A stretch of 64,000 bases of DNA from Clostridia bacterium DTU025 (GTDB lineage: Bacteria > Bacillota > DTU025), in the NCBI GenBank assembly GCA_001513145.1, contig LFSP01000026.1, positions 27,509 to 91,508 on the forward strand. Reading direction: 5' to 3'. The notes under the pieces were generated by a model. It worked only from the letters and a program-made list of their open reading frames with translations, ran no database searches and was not told the DNA's origin. The position numbers and the translations under genes were made by a program. Below, one piece after another: positions 60,496-64,000 of this stretch; positions within the stretch are counted from its first letter, which is position 1; each line of letters opens with the position of its first letter.

Positions 60496-61110
60496 TCACG
60501 CCAGCTTTCGCCTGCGCGTCGACGCCGCCGCCAGGCCCTTGCTTCCCTTCACCGCCTCCGGCATGTGCCGGCCGGAGATGAGCACCGCCATCGCCGCTAG
60601 ATATAGGATCTGCTCCGCCGACGCGTCCACGGCAAAGCCCACCACCGGAAGCATCGCAGCAGCCAGCGCCGACGCCTTCGCCACGCCGCGCGCCAGCCCG
60701 TACGCCAGCACCCAGGTCAACGCCGCCGGCACCATCACCTGCGGAAAGACCAGCGTACACGTCCCCGCGAACGTCGCGATTCCCTTGCCTCCTCGGAACC
60801 CGAACCACACGGGGAAGATGTGCCCCGCCACCGCGGCCACCCCGGCCAGCATGCCGCCGCGCACGTCGCCGCCGGCCAACGCTGTTCCCACCACGGTGCT
60901 GAGCAAGCCTTTACCCACGTCCAGAGCCGCCACGAGCATGCCCCACCTGAGCCCCGCCACTCGTCCTACGTTGGTTCCCCCTGCGGTTCCCGACCCAAGG
61001 ATCCGTATGTCGGAGCGCAGCGCCAGTCTGCCAACGATCACTGCCCATGAGACCGAACCTATGGCGTATCCCGCCAGGATTGGCAGTCTCCAATCCATAG
61101 CCTCACTCAC
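60496..61110 (-). CDS. plsY: Glycerol-3-phosphate acyltransferase PlsY
   Basis: 204 aa polytopic, GSGNPGATN-like GSGTAGGTN, FPVWFGFRGGKG. Confidence 0.88.
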   Translation of the reverse strand: MSEAMDWRLPILAGYAIGSVSWAVIVGRLALRSDIRILGSGTAGGTNVGRVAGLRWGMLVAALDVGKGLLSTVVGTALAGGDVRGGMLAGVAAVAGHIFPVWFGFRGGKGIATFAGTCTLVFPQVMVPAALTWVLAYGLARGVAKASALAAAMLPVVGFAVDASAEQILYLAAMAVLISGRHMPEAVKGSKGLAAASTRRRKLA

Positions 61111-62011
61111 CGCCTGTGATCACCTTGACGGCCCGGGGCTCGATGGTAAGCTCCATCCTGTCGGAGGTGAAAGCCTCGCCCTCAACATGCCACGCCTGCG
61201 GCGACGAGCACTCGAACACGATGTGCGAAGCCTTGTACATCTCCACTTCCTTGAGGTGCACGTGGGAGCCGTCCATCACCTTTCCGAAGCACTGCAGGAA
61301 GCGGAACATAGATGTGTTATCCACGAGGCACACGTCGAACAGGCCGTCGTCAAGCTTAGCATCTGGCGTGATCAGCATTCCCCCGCCGTACGTACGGGCG
61401 TTCATGCACGCACACAGGAGCGGCGTCCTGTCCAGCACCTTGCCGTCCATGGTTATCGTCACCGGCACGGCCCGGTACGTCAATATCACCTGCATAACCG
61501 AGAGTATGTAGTTCCACTTGCCGCGCAGCCACTTCGACCTGGCGTTCGTCAGCCTCGTGACCGCCGCGTCGAAACCAGTCCCGAAGCACGAAATGAAGTA
61601 CCTATCGTTCACTCGGCATAGGTCAACGTCGCGGATCCGGCCCCTCGCGATGACCGCGCACGCCGCCTCGGTGTCCCCGATTGGGATGCCCACAGACCTG
61701 CAGAAGTCGTTCCCCGTCCCGCAGGGTATCGTGGCCAGCGCCGCGCCTGTGTGAGCTATACCATTCACGACCTCGTTGACCGTTCCGTCGCCGCCAACGG
61801 CCGCCACCACGTCGTATCCTGCGTCAGCAGCAGCCCGAGCCATTCCCATCGCATCGCCCGGACCGCCGGTTCTCTGCATGTCGAAATCCACCCCCAGGCT
61901 GCGGAGGGTGTTCGCCACCAGCCTCTCTTGCGCACCGGCCTTGCCCGCGCCTGCCTTGGGGTTGAGTATGACCATTACCCGCAACTGTGCAACCTCCCGG
62001 CCAATACACAT
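61103..62011 (-). CDS. Diacylglycerol/lipid kinase (DAGK catalytic domain, YegS/DgkB family)
   Basis: NPKAGAGK, GGDGTVNEV, GTGNDF motifs. Confidence 0.8.
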   Translation of the reverse strand: MCIGREVAQLRVMVILNPKAGAGKAGAQERLVANTLRSLGVDFDMQRTGGPGDAMGMARAAADAGYDVVAAVGGDGTVNEVVNGIAHTGAALATIPCGTGNDFCRSVGIPIGDTEAACAVIARGRIRDVDLCRVNDRYFISCFGTGFDAAVTRLTNARSKWLRGKWNYILSVMQVILTYRAVPVTITMDGKVLDRTPLLCACMNARTYGGGMLITPDAKLDDGLFDVCLVDNTSMFRFLQCFGKVMDGSHVHLKEVEMYKASHIVFECSSPQAWHVEGEAFTSDRMELTIEPRAVKVITGGE

Positions 62012-62056
62012 ATGTCACTATCAGTTAGACGCCCAGCCCGCCTTTCCTGCACACAG

Positions 62057-62087
62057 GCGCAAAAGCGGGGCACGTCTCCGCCCCGCT
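62057..62087 (-). terminator. Intrinsic terminator downstream of darA
   Basis: The minus strand reads AGCGGGGC-ggagacgu-GCCCCGCU followed by UUUUGCGCC. Confidence 0.5.
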
Positions 62088-62127
62088 CGTTCGGCATCGC
62101 AGGGATACGAATCCCCCAGACCGCCCC

Positions 62128-62451
62128 CTACATCCTCTCAAACCTGTCTACAGGGACCACGAACACCGTGGCGCCGCCGGCTATCACCTCAATAGGCGGC
62201 ACAGCCATGCCAGACGGAATCGGCATCGGCTGCGGTGTTATCAGCTCCTGTCGCGTGCGGCACGTCGACCTTATGATCGACAGAACCGACTCCACCTGGT
62301 CGTCCTCAACCCCCACCAGGAGCGTGGTATTGCCCTTTCTTAAGAACCCGCCGGTGGAGGCGAGCTTGGTATAACGGTGGCCGGCGTCGGCCAGCTCATC
62401 CTGGAGAACCTCGGCGAAATCGTCGCGGATGATGGCGATCACAAGCTTCAA
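62128..62451 (-). CDS. darA: PII-like c-di-AMP receptor DarA (DUF970)
   Basis: 107 aa, MKLVIAIIRDD...KLASTGGFLRKGNTT...GGATVFVVPV, very similar to the DarA/PstA architecture. Confidence 0.85.
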   Translation of the reverse strand: MKLVIAIIRDDFAEVLQDELADAGHRYTKLASTGGFLRKGNTTLLVGVEDDQVESVLSIIRSTCRTRQELITPQPMPIPSGMAVPPIEVIAGGATVFVVPVDRFERM

Positions 62452-62452
62452 G

Positions 62453-63799
62453 TTACAGCACCTCCCTGGCTGCCTTCGCTGGCGCCCGGCGCCTGCGGGC
62501 CGTTACGTTCAATGCCTTGCCCACCGACCTCAGCTGGCGCACGGTTTCACCGGGGCCAACTGCGGCCAAGTACGCTGCGCATCCCGCGATTCTCATTATG
62601 GTAGACAGAACTAACGCGCTGAACACCCCGTAACGGGAGATGAACTCCGCCGCCAGAGGCGGGCCTATCACGCCCGTTGCGTTGATCAACATGTAGAAGA
62701 CAGCGATCCCGTTGGCAGAGTCGCTGGGCCTCACGGCCTGCAGCATCAGGTTGAGCAGCGAAAGGTTCAGTGCCGCGCTGAACACCCCCGTGGCCAGCTG
62801 CACTCCGATGAGATAAGCCGGGGCGCCGTACAGACCGTATACCAACGGATACAGCGCCAGCCCAACGATGGACGCCAGGTACACCGCGCCCTCGCCGCTC
62901 CGCCTCGACACCCTCCCCCACAACGGGTACGCCAGAGCCGTCGTGAGGCCCGAGGCCACCGTGAGGCTGCCTATGACGCTGTTGGACAGGCCCAGAGAGC
63001 GCACGTAGTATATGGGAAAGGTCGGCGTGGAGATGTTGATGCCCACGTGGAACAGGGCGGCGCTGACCGTGAACGCCGTGAATTGCCGGCCGTAATCCTT
63101 GTCAACGAACGGCGCCCTAACCCTCTGCCAGAACGAGACCCTCCCGTGCGTCCTACCCTTGGCAGGCGCCTCCACCATCTTCGTGCACACCATGAGCGCC
63201 CCCACGCCTGCCACGAAGGTTATGACGAACAGAACGGAGTAGTTCACAGGGTACTTCATCTTATCCAACAGAATACCTGCTGCCAACGACGACACCAGCG
63301 TCACAGCCGCCCCGTACATGCTCCGAAGCGCGAACAGCCGCGCCCTCTCCCGGCCGGGGAACATGTCGCCCAGCATGGAGGTGAACGCGACGTTGCTGAT
63401 GACTGTGGGGATGGCCTGCAGTCCGATTACTGTCAAGAGAAGCGGCGTGCGCAGCCCTGGCCATGGCAGGAACGCCACGGCGCCCATCGCCAGATAAAAC
63501 ACTCTAACCAGAGTAGACCATTTTATCGTGGTTTTCAGCCTGCTTTCCTGCCTCTCCACGTAGGACGCAGCGGGCAGGTACATTATGGTGTTCACCAGGG
63601 CCGGGATGGCGGTCACCAGGCCGACGGCGGCGTTGGAGCTGCCCAGGGCGATGGCGTACACCGGAAGGAACGGCGTGACCATGCCAAGCGCCACGTTGGA
63701 CAGCATGATGTCGTAGACGCTGAGCTTGAAGTTCCAACGCTTCCCCTGGCTCGACCACACCCTATCCATGGCAGGCCGGCCCGAGTCACCACGTTTCAA
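62453..63799 (-). CDS. MFS transporter
   Basis: 448 aa, 12 predicted TM helices. Confidence 0.75.
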   Translation of the reverse strand: MKRGDSGRPAMDRVWSSQGKRWNFKLSVYDIMLSNVALGMVTPFLPVYAIALGSSNAAVGLVTAIPALVNTIMYLPAASYVERQESRLKTTIKWSTLVRVFYLAMGAVAFLPWPGLRTPLLLTVIGLQAIPTVISNVAFTSMLGDMFPGRERARLFALRSMYGAAVTLVSSLAAGILLDKMKYPVNYSVLFVITFVAGVGALMVCTKMVEAPAKGRTHGRVSFWQRVRAPFVDKDYGRQFTAFTVSAALFHVGINISTPTFPIYYVRSLGLSNSVIGSLTVASGLTTALAYPLWGRVSRRSGEGAVYLASIVGLALYPLVYGLYGAPAYLIGVQLATGVFSAALNLSLLNLMLQAVRPSDSANGIAVFYMLINATGVIGPPLAAEFISRYGVFSALVLSTIMRIAGCAAYLAAVGPGETVRQLRSVGKALNVTARRRRAPAKAAREVL

Positions 63800-63845
63800 T
63801 CAGGAATGCTCCTTTCCGGCGTTTCCTCGAGGCTTCAAGAGGCGG

Positions 63846-64000
63846 TCACTCCCTCTCGTAAGGCCGCCCCAACCCCTGCGGCGCCCTGGAGCTCTGCTTG
63901 GACGAAGAGGCGGTGATCACCGTCAGCACCACGATGGTGAAGATGTAAGGCATCATTTTCAGGAAGAACGACGGGACGCGCAGCCCCAGCGCCTGTATCC
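63846..64000 (-). CDS. ABC transporter permease, C-terminal end (gene runs off window end, partial)
   Basis: A hand translation of the minus strand gives ...IQALGLRVPSFFLKMMPYIFTIVVLTVITASSSKQSS...stop (TGA at 63848-63846), with no stop upstream to the window edge. Absent from the ORF track because it is incomplete. Confidence 0.5.
   Translation of the reverse strand, partial: IQALGLRVPSFFLKMMPYIFTIVVLTVITASSSKQSSRAPQGLGRPYERE

Overview
This is a high-GC (about 65-70%) chromosomal segment from an endospore-forming Firmicute-type bacterium, not an accessory island. The conserved content includes a gerA-type germinant receptor operon (A/B/C), lysA, a membrane GGDEF cyclase, a livJHMGF branched-chain amino-acid ABC operon, a secreted M14 carboxypeptidase and alkaline phosphatase. 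It also carries the classical ctsR-mcsA-mcsB-clpC-radA-disA-yacL-ispDF-cysS-mrnC-rlmB-sigH supercluster, followed by a spoVB-like MOP flippase, a radical SAM gene, a LysM/M23 peptidase, rho, pyrG, argS, and a complete Thermus-type V-ATPase operon (G-I-K-E-C-F-A-B-D). Beyond that lie spo0A with upstream 0A boxes, a tRNA-Arg(CCG), degV, a spoIID-like gene, plsY, a DAG-kinase family lipid kinase, the c-di-AMP receptor darA, and an MFS transporter. Two unannotated genes truncated at the window edges, one at each end, are inferred from unterminated reading frames that the ORF track omits. No transposase, integrase, CRISPR array or defense island was found. The most unusual items are: (1) an array of about 240-bp tandem repeats at 18.2-19.0 kb, each carrying a perfect 19-bp-arm palindrome, with the palindrome inverted between copies 2 and 3 and the array fused to the 3' end of spoVB; (2) a System I cytochrome c maturation cluster (ccmABC, a ccmD-like gene, ccmE) whose CcmE carries the variant CxxxY motif, in a sporulating Firmicute background and without ccmF/H in the window; (3) a small Cys-rich MazG-like gene with a perfect consensus sigma-A promoter inserted divergently between disA and carD inside the conserved supercluster; (4) a polytopic membrane domain fused to a UPF0173 MBL-fold hydrolase; (5) a fused ispDF, with gltX and cysE missing from the cluster. 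All functional calls rest on motif recognition by eye in the supplied translations, with no database searches run.
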